A stretch of DNA of 61,344 nt, counting the filler. It is 13 parts of 13 records of this genome, joined end to end, with 100 filler letters (N's around TTAATTAATTAA, not from the genome) between each part and the next. Parts side by side here need not be neighbours in the genome. Positions count along the whole stretch, not along the records: positions 16,778 to 23,318 come from SRR7504441_15109; positions 23,419 to 27,656 come from SRR7504441_15119; positions 27,757 to 33,106 come from SRR7504441_15120; 10 more parts are not named here. One strand, 5' to 3'. A program made the translations under genes and the position numbers. How positions within the stretch are numbered: position 1 is the first letter of the stretch; every line of letters starts with the position of its first letter. The notes beneath the pieces were generated by a model that was not told the origin of the DNA, made no database searches, and was given only the letters and a program-made list of their open reading frames with translations. Shown piece by piece: positions 21,688-33,206 of the stretch.

Positions 21688-23012
21688 TCACGCGGGCAGG
21701 AATTCCCAAGTACCGGTATTTTGCGCAATCTGCACCCGTTCAGCATCTGAGAATATCGTGAGAAGCTGCGCCTTGTCTGCAAGTGAGGCCATCTTGTATA
21801 GAGCAGCCCACTCCTCTGGAGTTTGATGCGCCACAGTGGCGGCTCGCTGCGCCGCGGTCATTCTGGCCAACACAATGATCTGATCCTCAGTGGATAAGTG
21901 TTCGAATGCTTCTTGCCTGACAGGTGGCGCAGCAAGTGCAATCAAAGCAGCTCGGCCAGCAGGCTTTGAATACAGATAAATGTCTGCCTTCTGTGCACCA
22001 GTCAATGGTGGAGACGACTCTGGGCCCAGAACAGCATGCCACTCTTTTGGGCTCATCGATCCGAGAAGAGTTCCTCGTACTTCTGGATTAGCAAACTCGA
22101 AAACAGCCTTCCTCTCACACTCTGGCATCTCATCAGTCACGGTAATACGGTCCACCTCAGACATCTCTCCAAGGAGAATAGCTTTCAATTCTGGTATCTC
22201 ATTTGGTTCTCTTAACCAAGCCCAGAGCCCAGCCGCCAACTTGACGCACTTACCAAGAAGAGCGCCACATTTGGCGGCTCGGCTCGCTCGTGCCGCCACC
22301 TTGCCTACACGGTTCACGCGTGCGAGCGATGCATCAAACACAACGTACTGCCGCACCCATGGGAGCAAAAGCACCATGGCAGCCATTGCAATGAAATCCA
22401 TGACCATATTGATAGATGGGCAGTAGTCAGTCCCATAAACCATCGACATTGCAACCATCTCAAAGCAAAACACTACAATTGAGGTTATGATCAGTGCAAT
22501 CTCCACGTCGTCAATACCTTCATCATAGTCGACAGTCATCACCCACTGCAACAGTCACACGTGATTAGCCCGCACTTTGCTGCAAATGCAAGAGGGAATT
22601 AACTTACAATATCTGTTCCAAATAGAGCATAGATAGTGAAGGCAAACATGGTGATCTTGAATGTCAGTGAATCTACTACCTCATGGATCCAGTATCGCCC
22701 CGCCGGCTGCTCGCCCTCAGGCTGTTCGAAATGCACCCCTTTAACCGCGGTACCATCCAAAGTGGACAGCCGCACTGTGAGCGGCTGAGCGGTGTCGCCA
22801 GTCCGACGGAGGGGCACGGTCACCAGCCCAGCCCAGTCCGGGATCTCCAGCTCAGGCCGGCCCAACCGGACCACAGGCTCGCCCCAGCTGCTCTCACTAG
22901 CCTCCAAGCCCCAGCTGCCCGCCTCTTCGAGCGGCGACAAATCCACCTGTTCCACTTCCGAGCGCTCCGCCCGATCTGGCGTGCTCCCATCCTCAGCCCT
23001 GCCAGGGGCCAT
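21688..23012 (-). CDS. Calx-beta-like domain plus voltage-sensor-like 4-TM bundle plus helical repeat tail
   Basis: VTVPLRRTGDTAQPLTVRLSTLDGTAVKGVHF (Calx-beta). S1 YALFGTD, S2 FCFE, S3 MDFIA and S4 ARVNRVGKVAARASRAAK. Intron at 22546-22607. Confidence 0.65.
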
Positions 23013-23481
23013 CACTTTTGCGCGGGCCCGCGTGTGACACGAAGGACTCGTCAACGGCCTTTTCGCCACACTCAGCTGAAGATTGGCTGAAGCCGGCGTA
23101 GCAGTTCTAAGCGTGCAGTAACTTCGAAATGGCCGTAAAAATGGCCGGCCGGTACGCCGCGTATACGCCGCGCATACACCGGTAACTATACGCCGCGTAT
23201 GCCGGCATGTAAAATACACATCATATTCGAACGTGGTGTGGCAATGGCATGTGGTGAACTCATGGTACAGCATGTTCGACGCGCGTTAGACGCGCGTGCA
23301 CCCACAATCCGCGCAAAANNNNNNNNNNNNNNNNNNNNNNNNNNNNNNNNNNNNNNNNNNNNTTAATTAATTAANNNNNNNNNNNNNNNNNNNNNNNNNN
23401 NNNNNNNNNNNNNNNNNNCTTGAATAGAGTCTAGACGTCTACAGGTAGATCTAAGTACCGGTGAACTGATATCTGGCGAAA

Positions 23482-26400
23482 ATGGGAGCGAGCTGCGGCT
23501 GCGACTCGGCAGACGCCACAAACGCTTCCTCCTGTTCCAGCCAGGCCTGCGGGTCTACCGAACTGATCGTCAGGCCGGCCGACCTGCGCGTGGTGTGCGC
23601 TCAGATCGTGAAGCGGCTGGACGCGGTCGAGTGGCCGGTGGTGGCCGGACTGGACACCGAATGGGCCGAGGGCGAGCAGGTCGAGCTGATCCAGCTGGCG
23701 GTACTCGACTGGACTCTGATCATCCGGCCCCGCCAGTGCCTGGACGCGCGCCCCGAGCTGCAGCGGGTGCTCGAGCACCCACGGCTGGTCGCAAGCGGCT
23801 CAGCGGTCGGCAAGGACGTCGGGCTGATCCGGGAGCAGCTCGGGCTCCGGGTGCGCGCCTGGCTGGACCTCCAGGCGATTGCACGACGCGAGCGGCACCT
23901 GCGACTTAGCCGGGTTGGGCTGGCTGGGCTGGCGGCCGATTTGCTCGGGGTGTCGCTCAACAAGGATCCAGCGATCCGGTGTGGCGACTGGACAGCTGAC
24001 CCACTCTCGGCCGAGCAGCTGAGCTACGCTGCAGATGATGCCGTCTTCAGCCGAGAGGTTCTGCTTGCCATGTTCGACAGGCGCGAAGACCAGCAGGAGA
24101 CGCTCATGGCCTGGATTGACAGGCAGGCTCACCCAGTCGACCAGCTGGCCGCAGCAGACAAGGCTGCCGCTCCAAAGCCCCACAAGCGACTATCCAAGGC
24201 GAAAAGGAGTACATTTGCGGGGCAGCTGGAGAGGCGAGCAGGCGTGGTAGCTGCAGAAGCCAGTGCGCTGGAGTTCTACCAGCCGATTGGCCCGATTGTC
24301 AACCTGCTGGACCCAAGCAGTGGCTGCCGAGCCGTGAAGGCAAGCTGCTCATCGAGTGCGGCGCAGCTCGAGCCCGCGAATTGCTTGCAGGACCCGGCCA
24401 GCCACGGCACACGCTGCTTGTATGATGGCGCAGATTGGAGGGCAGACAGGCGGAGCACAGTGAGTGTATGCGACCCAGGTGGCGATCCGGAGACAAGGCA
24501 GGGACACTGGCTGCAGCTTGAGTTTGGATCAGCTGTTAGTGTGCATGCATTTGGGTTCCGGTGCAATAGCTCAGCTAAGGTGCGATTGGCCTGCCGCCTG
24601 CACACTGACGGAGGGATGCAGTGTCACACAAACGGTCCCTATATGTGGCGGCTGCAAGGATCACACGGCGACCAGCCGTGGGAGCTACTGCACTGGGCTG
24701 GTGAGCATGCGACATGCGACACAGGGCCACAGCGCTGGGAGTACGACCTTGAAATGTTTGAGAACAATCAGGTCCCAGGCCAAACCCGGGTCTTTGATGC
24801 CAGAGCGGCTGGCAAATACTTTGACCGGCTCCGGTGGGTGTTCTATGGCGAGTACCCGAGCAAGGGTTTCTCTGTCAACCTGTCGGGGTTGATGGTCTAT
24901 GGATCCAGTTGTGAAACTCCAGCAGAAGAGCTGGCGGGGGACCTGGCAAGCTGGCTGGCGGCGCATGAGCTGGCTCATCTGCTCGATGCTCTTACCCTGC
25001 AAGGTGTGCCCGATCTGGATATGTTGCTTGGACTGAGCGAAGACGAGCTCCGATGCGAGGAGCTCGGGCTTGAAGAATCCGACATAAGTACACTTTTAGT
25101 AGCCCAGCAAGAGCATTTGCAGCCACATGTGTGCCACTCTGGCCACCCCTGCCAACCCGAAGGGCCCCGCGCATCGGGGGGGCGCCTGGGACGGGAAGGG
25201 TACACAATGTCAACCGAGGATAGTCAGGCTGGATGGGGTCAAGACTGCCTCGAAGACAAGCAGGACATAGACTTGGAGGATTACAAGGGGATGATCAGTT
25301 CAAACATTCTGCAGATTAAGGGCGAGACTACATCGTGCAAAGCTCTGGTGTTTGACTGTGGTACCGGCGAGACAAAGGCTGTGTACCTTGACTATGAGAA
25401 AGATCGAAAGGAAGAGAGTAAAATCCTCGTAGTCGAGCTGGGCAAGGCGCCCGCAGTGCTCGACTTCCTCTGCAATAACCTTGCTACAGACAACAAGGAC
25501 TACAACGACCAGCTCGGAAAGGCTGTCAAGAATGGCAAAGAGGAAGCAGAGGCCGCGGCTGCCCTGAATCATGGCTTCTTCTTCCTTGAAGACGAACCTG
25601 ATGGTGGTGTGGAAGATGGCAAACTCTGCTCCGATCATTTTCTAATGTGGGTTGAGGAAGTCAAGGCTAAAGCTCTGGCAAAGTACGCCGACGAGGGTGA
25701 AAAGCTTACCACACTGATTGGGTGCTCAGCATGGCTCCGGGTGGCTCAGAAAGACTACCAGAAGGGCAAGGAAGCCAATGAACTGATGGATGAGCTTCAA
25801 CGGCATGGTTTGCTGTGCAAAAAGCTTGAGCAGACCCAGGAGCTGTACTTTGAGGCTGCAGCGATCGCCTACGCTGGCGCCATGGCCAGCCTGCAGCTGT
25901 CAGCCAACATTGGGAGTGGCAGTGGGTCAGTACAAATCATGCACAGCATGAAGTATCCCATCGGCCTCGATTGCGGGCACCGGCTTGGTATAAACGCAAT
26001 GCTTGACACCTTCAAAAAAACCAATGACATCGAGGAAACTATTCGACAGTGCGATATCTATTGTCAAGTCACTGAGACATCGACTTCTGGTATCGTTGGT
26101 CGTGTGGAAGGCGAATGCGAGGAGGAGTGGACCCGCACCAAGGCAACAGTCAAGGCGGGTCTGGAGACGGGGGACTACATTGAACAAGATGTCGACAAGA
26201 TCGAAGAGCTGATAACTGGCGACGTTCTTGCCATTTCTGCATGCTATTATGCTGCTGCTGAGATTGATCTTGGGGAAGGTAAGACCATGGCAAACCATGA
26301 CGACGCTTTCGAGAAGTACCCGATCAGCTTTGTGCTGGAGAAGTTCAACGAGCGATGCGACCAGATCCGGGGAAAGCTCCGTGAAAGCCCGGATGCAGCA

Positions 26401-27654
26401 AGTGTCAAGAAATGGGCCATGCCTTTGGTCAACCTGAGCCTTCAGCAAGTGATTTATCGCAAGTTCTTCGATCCTGAACAGACGTATATATGCTTTAAGC
26501 GAAATTGGAACTTTGGAGGCGTCCCGTACCGCACCACATGGACAGCTGGTTACTTCCTCAACCTGCTTCAGGGCATGGGCGTCAAGTTTCCGGGCTCAGA
26601 GAGCATTCTCAAGACTTACAAGGCTCTCGAGATAAAGGCCGAGTCGCTACGCAGAGCGCAGGCTGGCCGCCTTGGCGCGGCTGCAGAAAAAGAGGAGGTG
26701 TCTATGGTTCTTTGTGACATTAGCACTGTGACCAGCGGTCTCATGGAACAGGGGCGGCAACTTGCAGATGGGAAGATCGACCACATCTTGACAATCATCC
26801 GCGACAACTATGGCGCAGACATGCCAGGATATCCAGAGTTTAAGGTGAAAGGCACGGGTTCGCTGATCCGGAAGATGATAGGAGAGATTGTAGATCTGCT
26901 CGAGAATCACCGAGATTCTGCTAGCTACTGCCCAAGCCTAGAGGAATGCGTTGCGGGAATCCATGACGTTCTCAGATATACATTGACATTCCCCAACGAC
27001 CAGTACGTGGAAGGAGTCAAGGCAGTCGAACGTGCTCTTCTGCAGGGCGTGGCGGGGCAGCAGCCAGTGGCATCTTATGTCAAGTTCAAAAACTTTTGGC
27101 GAGATGACGAATCAGCTACCATCTACATGGGTGTGAATGCACAGGTGACTCTGAATGCAATCGAGGGAATCGCTAATTCTAAGGGTTTTGTTTTTGAGCT
27201 ACAACTGCACACATTTGAGAGCTTCAACATGAAGCAGAACGAGGGCCATAGGTTGTATGAGGATATGCGAGATCCACAGGTGACAGAGGGACCGGTTTTC
27301 AGCGAGGGTGGTGAGAAGACCATCGTGAGCGGCCTGGATTACAAGAAGCAGCTCTATGCACTTAACAAGGCCCTGTGGTGGAGGCATGTGGACGGAGATC
27401 CGACAAAGCCTCGCCTAAAGGAAGGTGATGTGGTGAGACGTGGCCTCAAGAAAATTGTCAACAATGGCGATGATTTCGAGTGGAGCACAAGTGATTACAG
27501 ATACAAGCCTTACATGGACTTAACGTTGGATAGCAATGGGAACTACACCAATTCGATGGCTGGGTATACAGGAATAGGTTTTGATCCCGTAACAAATACA
27601 GGCGCTGATTGGAAGAACCTGCCACAAATCTCCAACAAGTTTGAATCACAATAG
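23482..27654 (+). CDS. Multidomain protein: WRN/DnaQ-type 3'-5' exonuclease, discoidin-like, SAM, CD39/GDA1(Ppx/GppA)-like phosphohydrolase and RelA/SpoT-like nucleotidyltransferase
   Basis: Exonuclease: GLDTEW, LIQLA, DLQ, GLAGLA, CGDW...LSAEQLSYAADDA. SAM: LASWLAAHEL...LDMLLGLSEDEL..LGL. ASKHA motifs: FDCGTGETK, GCSAWLR, GSGSGSVQ, WTAGY. Synthetase motifs: KVK..SLIRK, HDVLRYT, KNFW, YMGVN, FELQLHTFES, HRLYE. Probable in-frame 42-nt intron at 24580-24621. Confidence 0.8.
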   Translation: MGASCGCDSADATNASSCSSQACGSTELIVRPADLRVVCAQIVKRLDAVEWPVVAGLDTEWAEGEQVELIQLAVLDWTLIIRPRQCLDARPELQRVLEHPRLVASGSAVGKDVGLIREQLGLRVRAWLDLQAIARRERHLRLSRVGLAGLAADLLGVSLNKDPAIRCGDWTADPLSAEQLSYAADDAVFSREVLLAMFDRREDQQETLMAWIDRQAHPVDQLAAADKAAAPKPHKRLSKAKRSTFAGQLERRAGVVAAEASALEFYQPIGPIVNLLDPSSGCRAVKASCSSSAAQLEPANCLQDPASHGTRCLYDGADWRADRRSTVSVCDPGGDPETRQGHWLQLEFGSAVSVHAFGFRCNSSAKVRLACRLHTDGGMQCHTNGPYMWRLQGSHGDQPWELLHWAGEHATCDTGPQRWEYDLEMFENNQVPGQTRVFDARAAGKYFDRLRWVFYGEYPSKGFSVNLSGLMVYGSSCETPAEELAGDLASWLAAHELAHLLDALTLQGVPDLDMLLGLSEDELRCEELGLEESDISTLLVAQQEHLQPHVCHSGHPCQPEGPRASGGRLGREGYTMSTEDSQAGWGQDCLEDKQDIDLEDYKGMISSNILQIKGETTSCKALVFDCGTGETKAVYLDYEKDRKEESKILVVELGKAPAVLDFLCNNLATDNKDYNDQLGKAVKNGKEEAEAAAALNHGFFFLEDEPDGGVEDGKLCSDHFLMWVEEVKAKALAKYADEGEKLTTLIGCSAWLRVAQKDYQKGKEANELMDELQRHGLLCKKLEQTQELYFEAAAIAYAGAMASLQLSANIGSGSGSVQIMHSMKYPIGLDCGHRLGINAMLDTFKKTNDIEETIRQCDIYCQVTETSTSGIVGRVEGECEEEWTRTKATVKAGLETGDYIEQDVDKIEELITGDVLAISACYYAAAEIDLGEGKTMANHDDAFEKYPISFVLEKFNERCDQIRGKLRESPDAASVKKWAMPLVNLSLQQVIYRKFFDPEQTYICFKRNWNFGGVPYRTTWTAGYFLNLLQGMGVKFPGSESILKTYKALEIKAESLRRAQAGRLGAAAEKEEVSMVLCDISTVTSGLMEQGRQLADGKIDHILTIIRDNYGADMPGYPEFKVKGTGSLIRKMIGEIVDLLENHRDSASYCPSLEECVAGIHDVLRYTLTFPNDQYVEGVKAVERALLQGVAGQQPVASYVKFKNFWRDDESATIYMGVNAQVTLNAIEGIANSKGFVFELQLHTFESFNMKQNEGHRLYEDMRDPQVTEGPVFSEGGEKTIVSGLDYKKQLYALNKALWWRHVDGDPTKPRLKEGDVVRRGLKKIVNNGDDFEWSTSDYRYKPYMDLTLDSNGNYTNSMAGYTGIGFDPVTNTGADWKNLPQISNKFESQ

Positions 27655-27905
27655 TGNNNNNNNNNNNNNNNNNNNNNNNNNNNNNNNNNNNNNNNNNNNN
27701 TTAATTAATTAANNNNNNNNNNNNNNNNNNNNNNNNNNNNNNNNNNNNNNNNNNNNCTCCGCGGGACTAAATGCTGGTTACTCTCATCAATACCGGTACC
27801 TTGAGTACGCATACCAGTATTTAACAAGTACCGGTATTGCGGGCGGCACTTGTGCTTCGGCCACGCCACCCGCCGCGCACAACAGATAGCCACCGCGTGG
27901 GGCTC

Positions 27906-30900
27906 ATGAGCGTGCTGAATATCGTCCAAGCTGACCTCAGGTCACTGGCAGTCGAGTCAGGTCGCCGCCAGAAGGACGTGAAGGAGGCTGCTGAGCGCGG
28001 GTGGGCCGGCGGGCACTGCCGGGCCGAGCACTGCGGGGTGCAGCATCGTGCTCCTTCGGTCACGGATCGAGCTGCTCAGGGAGCAGCAGCCGATCCCAGC
28101 CTGCGATGACTTACTCCCGCCGCTATTCTTAGCCTGCGAGACCAAGAAGGAGCCGCTGGTGGCCATCGCGGTCGGCTGTGTGCAGAAGTTGCTGTCTCAC
28201 GATCTGCTCACTGCCGCAGCGCTGCCGTCGGTGGTAAAGGTGCACCCGTCCCAGGGTATGGCCTGAGCACACGGGCAGGTTTTATGTGTGCACGCGGCCC
28301 GGGGAGATGAGATGGTTCAGCTCAAGGTACTCCAGGCGGTCAGCGCTCTGGTGGATGCCAAGTCCTACCCACTCAATGTCGACTCGTTGTGCAAGGCGCC
28401 TGCCGGCTGGCCGCCGAGCGGAACTGGCGGGTTTAGGCGGTCGGCGTGTGCTTCTTGCTGCACAATTCGCGTTCACAAACGCTGAGCATGACTGCGGGTG
28501 CCTCACTCAGACAGGCTGCCATGCACTCTGCACGCGCTGACCACCGTGCAGGTGATGACCTTGTTGCTATACCGAGTTGCCTCAGGCAACAGCTCGGATC
28601 TCGCCGCGGTGGGTGACGAATCACTGCCTCCAGAGCTACCTGGCAGTGCTGCCGGTGTCTATTGTGTAATCCAGGTGCAGTGCCTGGGCTTAAGGCATCA
28701 ACCTGGTGCAGGATCTGTGTGCCTCCCTTGCTGGGGCGGAGATGCGCCACCTAGTGCCACCCATTGAGCCGGCGCTCGCTCTTGAGCTGATCCACCTGAT
28801 GGTGTGCAAGCTGAAGGAGCACAGCTCTAACCAGTTGCAGGTCACCCACCCGACTTCACCAGCCAAACAGTTCCCACCCATTGCAAAGCTGTTGATCCAG
28901 CAATTTACACCTATTGTCGAGACACTGTGGTGTCATCCGAAGCTGGCGGTGCCGGCGCTGGTCTGGCTGGTCCGGGCCGCCACAGCAGTATCGATGGTTT
29001 TGGTCTCCCAACGAAACAGCTTCGTGCACAGCTTCACAGAGATGCTCATCAGAGTGAGCTGGCGGCTGGTTTGCCCGATGACAGATGGACAGGCACTATA
29101 CGCTAATAAGGCGCTGGCTCGTGGGCTGGCAATCGAATCAATCCGGTTCATGTGTCATGACCCGAGGCTGCTCTGCCACCTGTACATTCAATTTGATGCT
29201 GCACCCGAGCCAGTAAGTAAGGCCTTGCGCATCTGCTTATCGGCTCGGGCTTAGGTGGCTCTATTTCGAATGATTTTTGCAGCACTAGAGGACACAATAC
29301 AGCAGCTGCAGGAATCAACACTCAATGGGAACATTGTAGTCTCGCTGCTCAGCACCTTGCCTGCTGCGCCTTCCGCTGCCTGTCTCGAGCCAGCCTGCCA
29401 GAGCAAGTCTTCAATCCAGGAAGCCACGGCGGTATATACCGACTCATTCATTCTAGCACATGCTGTGGAGACGTTGCTCCACATAGTGCAGGGTCTGCAG
29501 GGGCTGGCCACCACGGGTGACTCAGAAAACGCCGACTCGATGGTCAAGGAGCTTCATCACCACCCACAGGCGCTCTGTGTCGGCATGGTCGACTTGGCAT
29601 GGTGCTCTATACTGGCTTCACTCTCAAAGCTCTTCATCAGCTCTACACACGAGCGTGACATTGAGCTTGTGCTCTCAGTGCTCAGCACCTGTGTAGAGAT
29701 GTGTGGTGCGGTGGCCATGGCCACGCCTCGGGATGCGTTTCTGTCTGCGATCTGCGGGTATGCGCTCCCAGCAGCTGTACACGAGGCTAGAGTTAATATC
29801 CCCTCGATGGTAGCAATGACCAACTCGAAACATGTGGCTGCCCTCAAGAGATTAATTGCTCTGGCTCGCTCGGTTGGCTATGTGCTTGGTCGTGCATGGG
29901 TACCAGTGCTCGAGGTGTTCGAAGTTGTGGATATGATGAAGCCCGAAAAGTCGAGTTTGATTGGCCCTACCATCAGCACTCTCAAATCATCTATCAATGA
30001 GCTGTTTGACTCTTCTTCAATGCTTTGGGATGACGGTGTGACTCATCTGATAGCTGCACTTGCTTCACTATCTGGGAGAGCATCCACTGCCACCATACCG
30101 CAGCAGAGCCAGCTCGCTTCAAGTTTTGTGACACATGCCATTGTGCGAGTGGTGCTTGCAAACATGGTCAGAATTGATCAGGTGTGGTCCATGGCAATGG
30201 AACATCTGCTCAAGCTGGCTGAGGTTCAGCCAGAGACAAAGCTAAGACTGTTGGCCGTGGACTCAGTGTATATGATCATCATGCAATGTCTTACATACTC
30301 CAAGGGACCTGCTCCTGTCACAGCTGCAGATGCAAGCACTGCTCCTTCAAATACTCCTGATGTGACACCAGGCAAGCCCACAGATGTGCACGAAACATCT
30401 GTCAAGAAACTTGGCCAGGATATGCTGTTGTCCCCAATCCAGCTTCTTGTTGGAATTGGCCTCGCTGATGTGAAGGAACAGACGCTCAAAGGACTCCTAG
30501 TCATGCTCCAAGAGTTGGGCGAAGAGCTACAGGAAGGCTGGGCTTCTTTGCTTTCTGTTTTGCGTCGGGTCGCGCTGCAGGACGAAAGCCCTGCACTAAC
30601 ATTGCTCGCATTCAAGAGTGCCCAGCTGATTTGTTCTGACTTCATGACTCACATTCCGCCAAACAGCTTCCAGCTCTTCCTCGCAATGGTGGGGGCATTT
30701 GGGGTGCAGCAAAGCGAAGTTAACATTGCCCTCACTGCGATTAATCTATTGTGGGGCATTTCTGACTACCTCTGCAGCATGCGCCCACCTGGGGTAAACA
30801 TCTCGGCTAAAGCCAGCGATACTACTCAGGGGGTTGAGCATATGAGTGAGACGCTTGATTTATGGATGGCACTCTTCTCACAGCTGAAGACTCTGGCATG

Positions 30901-32885
30901 TGATCCAAGGCCTGAATGCCGAAGTTGTGCAATCACCACACTGGTAAAAATAGTGTCCTCTCATGGCTCTCTTTTGCATGGCACTGGCCTATGGCAGCAT
31001 GTATTGATGGACATTCTCTTTGCTATACACAGCCATGCTTGCGATACAGCTAAGGCGTCATCAGATCAAGAAATGAAGTGTCATCTGGGCACTGAAAAGG
31101 GTATGCAGGTAGAAATGTTAATGCATCACTCTCGTAACACTGAGCAAAAGCAATGGGAAGAAACTGTCATGTTGGTGTTGACTGGAATTGCCCGTATAGT
31201 TCGCACATTCATCAGTGTTCTGATTGCTTTGGAGGGGTTTGGAGAACAATGGAACTGCATGCTTGCAGGAGTAGAACATGCATTGTTGCACTTGAATGCA
31301 GAACTAACTGCTGCTGGAATACTTTCAGCTCAAGACCTGATTCTGCTTCAGGTCAATGAAGATGCTCGGACGTCATCAAATGATCTTGAAACCATTACTC
31401 CCAGCCAGCAAGGTTTCCAGTTTCCTGCTCTTTATGTTGATGTCTGGAAAGTGTTTGACAAGGCTGCTGCTTTCTACTCTGTGAGCGAGGATGTAGAAAA
31501 GCGGACCATACAGGCCTTTGTGGATTCGTTAGTCGAAAGTTTTACTCGAGTCCGTTGCCTGATGAGCCATGCTGATACGATGCAACTGCTCACGTGCCTC
31601 TGCAAATTGTGCCGATGTCCAGCTGTGACCCCAAAATCAAACAACACTCTGCTCACCAATGTGCAAACGCTGATTATCAACACCATAGCTAAGGTATCGC
31701 CATTCCACGACAATCAAGACGCATGGGCTCTGGTGACCTCGTTTGCCCTTGAAAATTTGCATGAGGCGACAGCAAACTTTCCGATAGAAGATCACGTAGG
31801 TGATAGAACGCAAGAAAATCTCTTCTTGGCACAGTGTTCGCTTGCTGAATCGGCTCTGAATTCGCTGCACGATATGCTTGAAACCTGCGACGATCCGAAA
31901 ACTCGTTCGAGAATTTTCGATATCTTCGTATTGGAATTGACAGACTTGACGATTAGGCTGCCTCGCGGCTTGCAAGCAACAATTACAAAGTTGATCGAAA
32001 GGCAGCTACAGCACGGGCTACCAGCATATGTACAACACCCACTGCATACCGACCTCCACCAGCAAGCTGTATTCTGGGAAAGCTTGGCAGGAATCATCTG
32101 GGCCTTACTCTCTCTCCATACTTCTACAGCACCAGAACGGCCAGGTGAAGCAACTGCTGACGAGCATCCCAATCTCGGTGCTATCCATGTGTGCTCAGCC
32201 GCATTGACATTTTTTGGTGTACAGGGATCACACTCTTTAGCAGCCTTGTGAAAGATGTCATCCCGCTAGCGCACAGCACCCCGCTGTCTTTCAACGTATC
32301 CATGCTTGATGCCATCGAGCACGGGATTCTAGCCACAAACCGCTCGTATGAATGGCGACAGCATTGCCTCACAGCATTGTTTGATCTTTGCCGTGAGCCT
32401 CACCAGCCTGATGACCAAGCTTGCCTTGCAGTAACACGAGAGGTAGCCATGCCCGCTCTAAGTGTTGTCATTGCTGTCAAATATTTGTATCAGGCTTGTG
32501 CCTGCAGGCAGCAACTCGGCTAGTGCGCATGTGCCAGATACTGCTCCGAGAGTATGTCCAGGAGCTCCATCTTGCCGGAAGGTTCCCTTTCCAGGCCGAA
32601 TCACCCGTAAGCGGTTTGCACAGGTGTCCTGTTCACGCATGGCGTCGATCTGAAATGGACTTTGTACTCAAGTCGCTCGCCGAGCTGCAGCTCCTCCCGG
32701 GGGTGCTGTCGCTGCCAGAGCTGAGCCTTGCAGCTGGAGTGAATCCTAATCACCGGCAAGCTCACTTGTTGCTGCTTTTCCCTCAGTTGAGCGACTGCTT
32801 AGGAGTGGTTGATCCTGGCTTTCAAGTAGCCTTGAAGGATATTTTCCACTCGATAGCTAAATCTTTGGGGTTGGAGAAAGGCTAG
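27906..32885 (+). CDS. MON2: MON2 (Sec7-family DCB/HUS/HDS scaffold), many short introns
   Basis: MSVLNIVQADLRSLAVESGRRQKDVKEAAER, QLKVLQ, PRDAFLSAIC, FKSAQLICSDF, NIALTAINLLWGISD, DPRPECR and HHSRNTEQKQWEET. Introns include 28001-28043, 28240-28278, 28396-28436 (GC) and 28515-28551 (GC). Confidence 0.93.
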
Positions 32886-33206
32886 CTTTAAATGCATGCT
32901 TCACTACTGCTTCACTTCATGTTTCCCTCACGTGTACTTACATTATTATTACATTACATCACAGTTATAGATCAGCATTACAGCTCGCCATTGGCATACA
33001 ACTTAGAGCCCTCAATCACATACCTATACCCCACAATCACATACCCCACATAATAATTATTATGCTTTTTTTTTGACTCGGGAACGGCTTTAATCAAGTA
33101 AAGGTCNNNNNNNNNNNNNNNNNNNNNNNNNNNNNNNNNNNNNNNNNNNNTTAATTAATTAANNNNNNNNNNNNNNNNNNNNNNNNNNNNNNNNNNNNNN
33201 NNNNNN

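Noticed and set aside
23153-23202. TACGCCGCG repeated three times upstream of the Calx-beta/VSD gene (similarly ACGCAGTA x3 at 13231-13261)
   Set aside because: Could be promoter elements, but they are too short and local to support a call.
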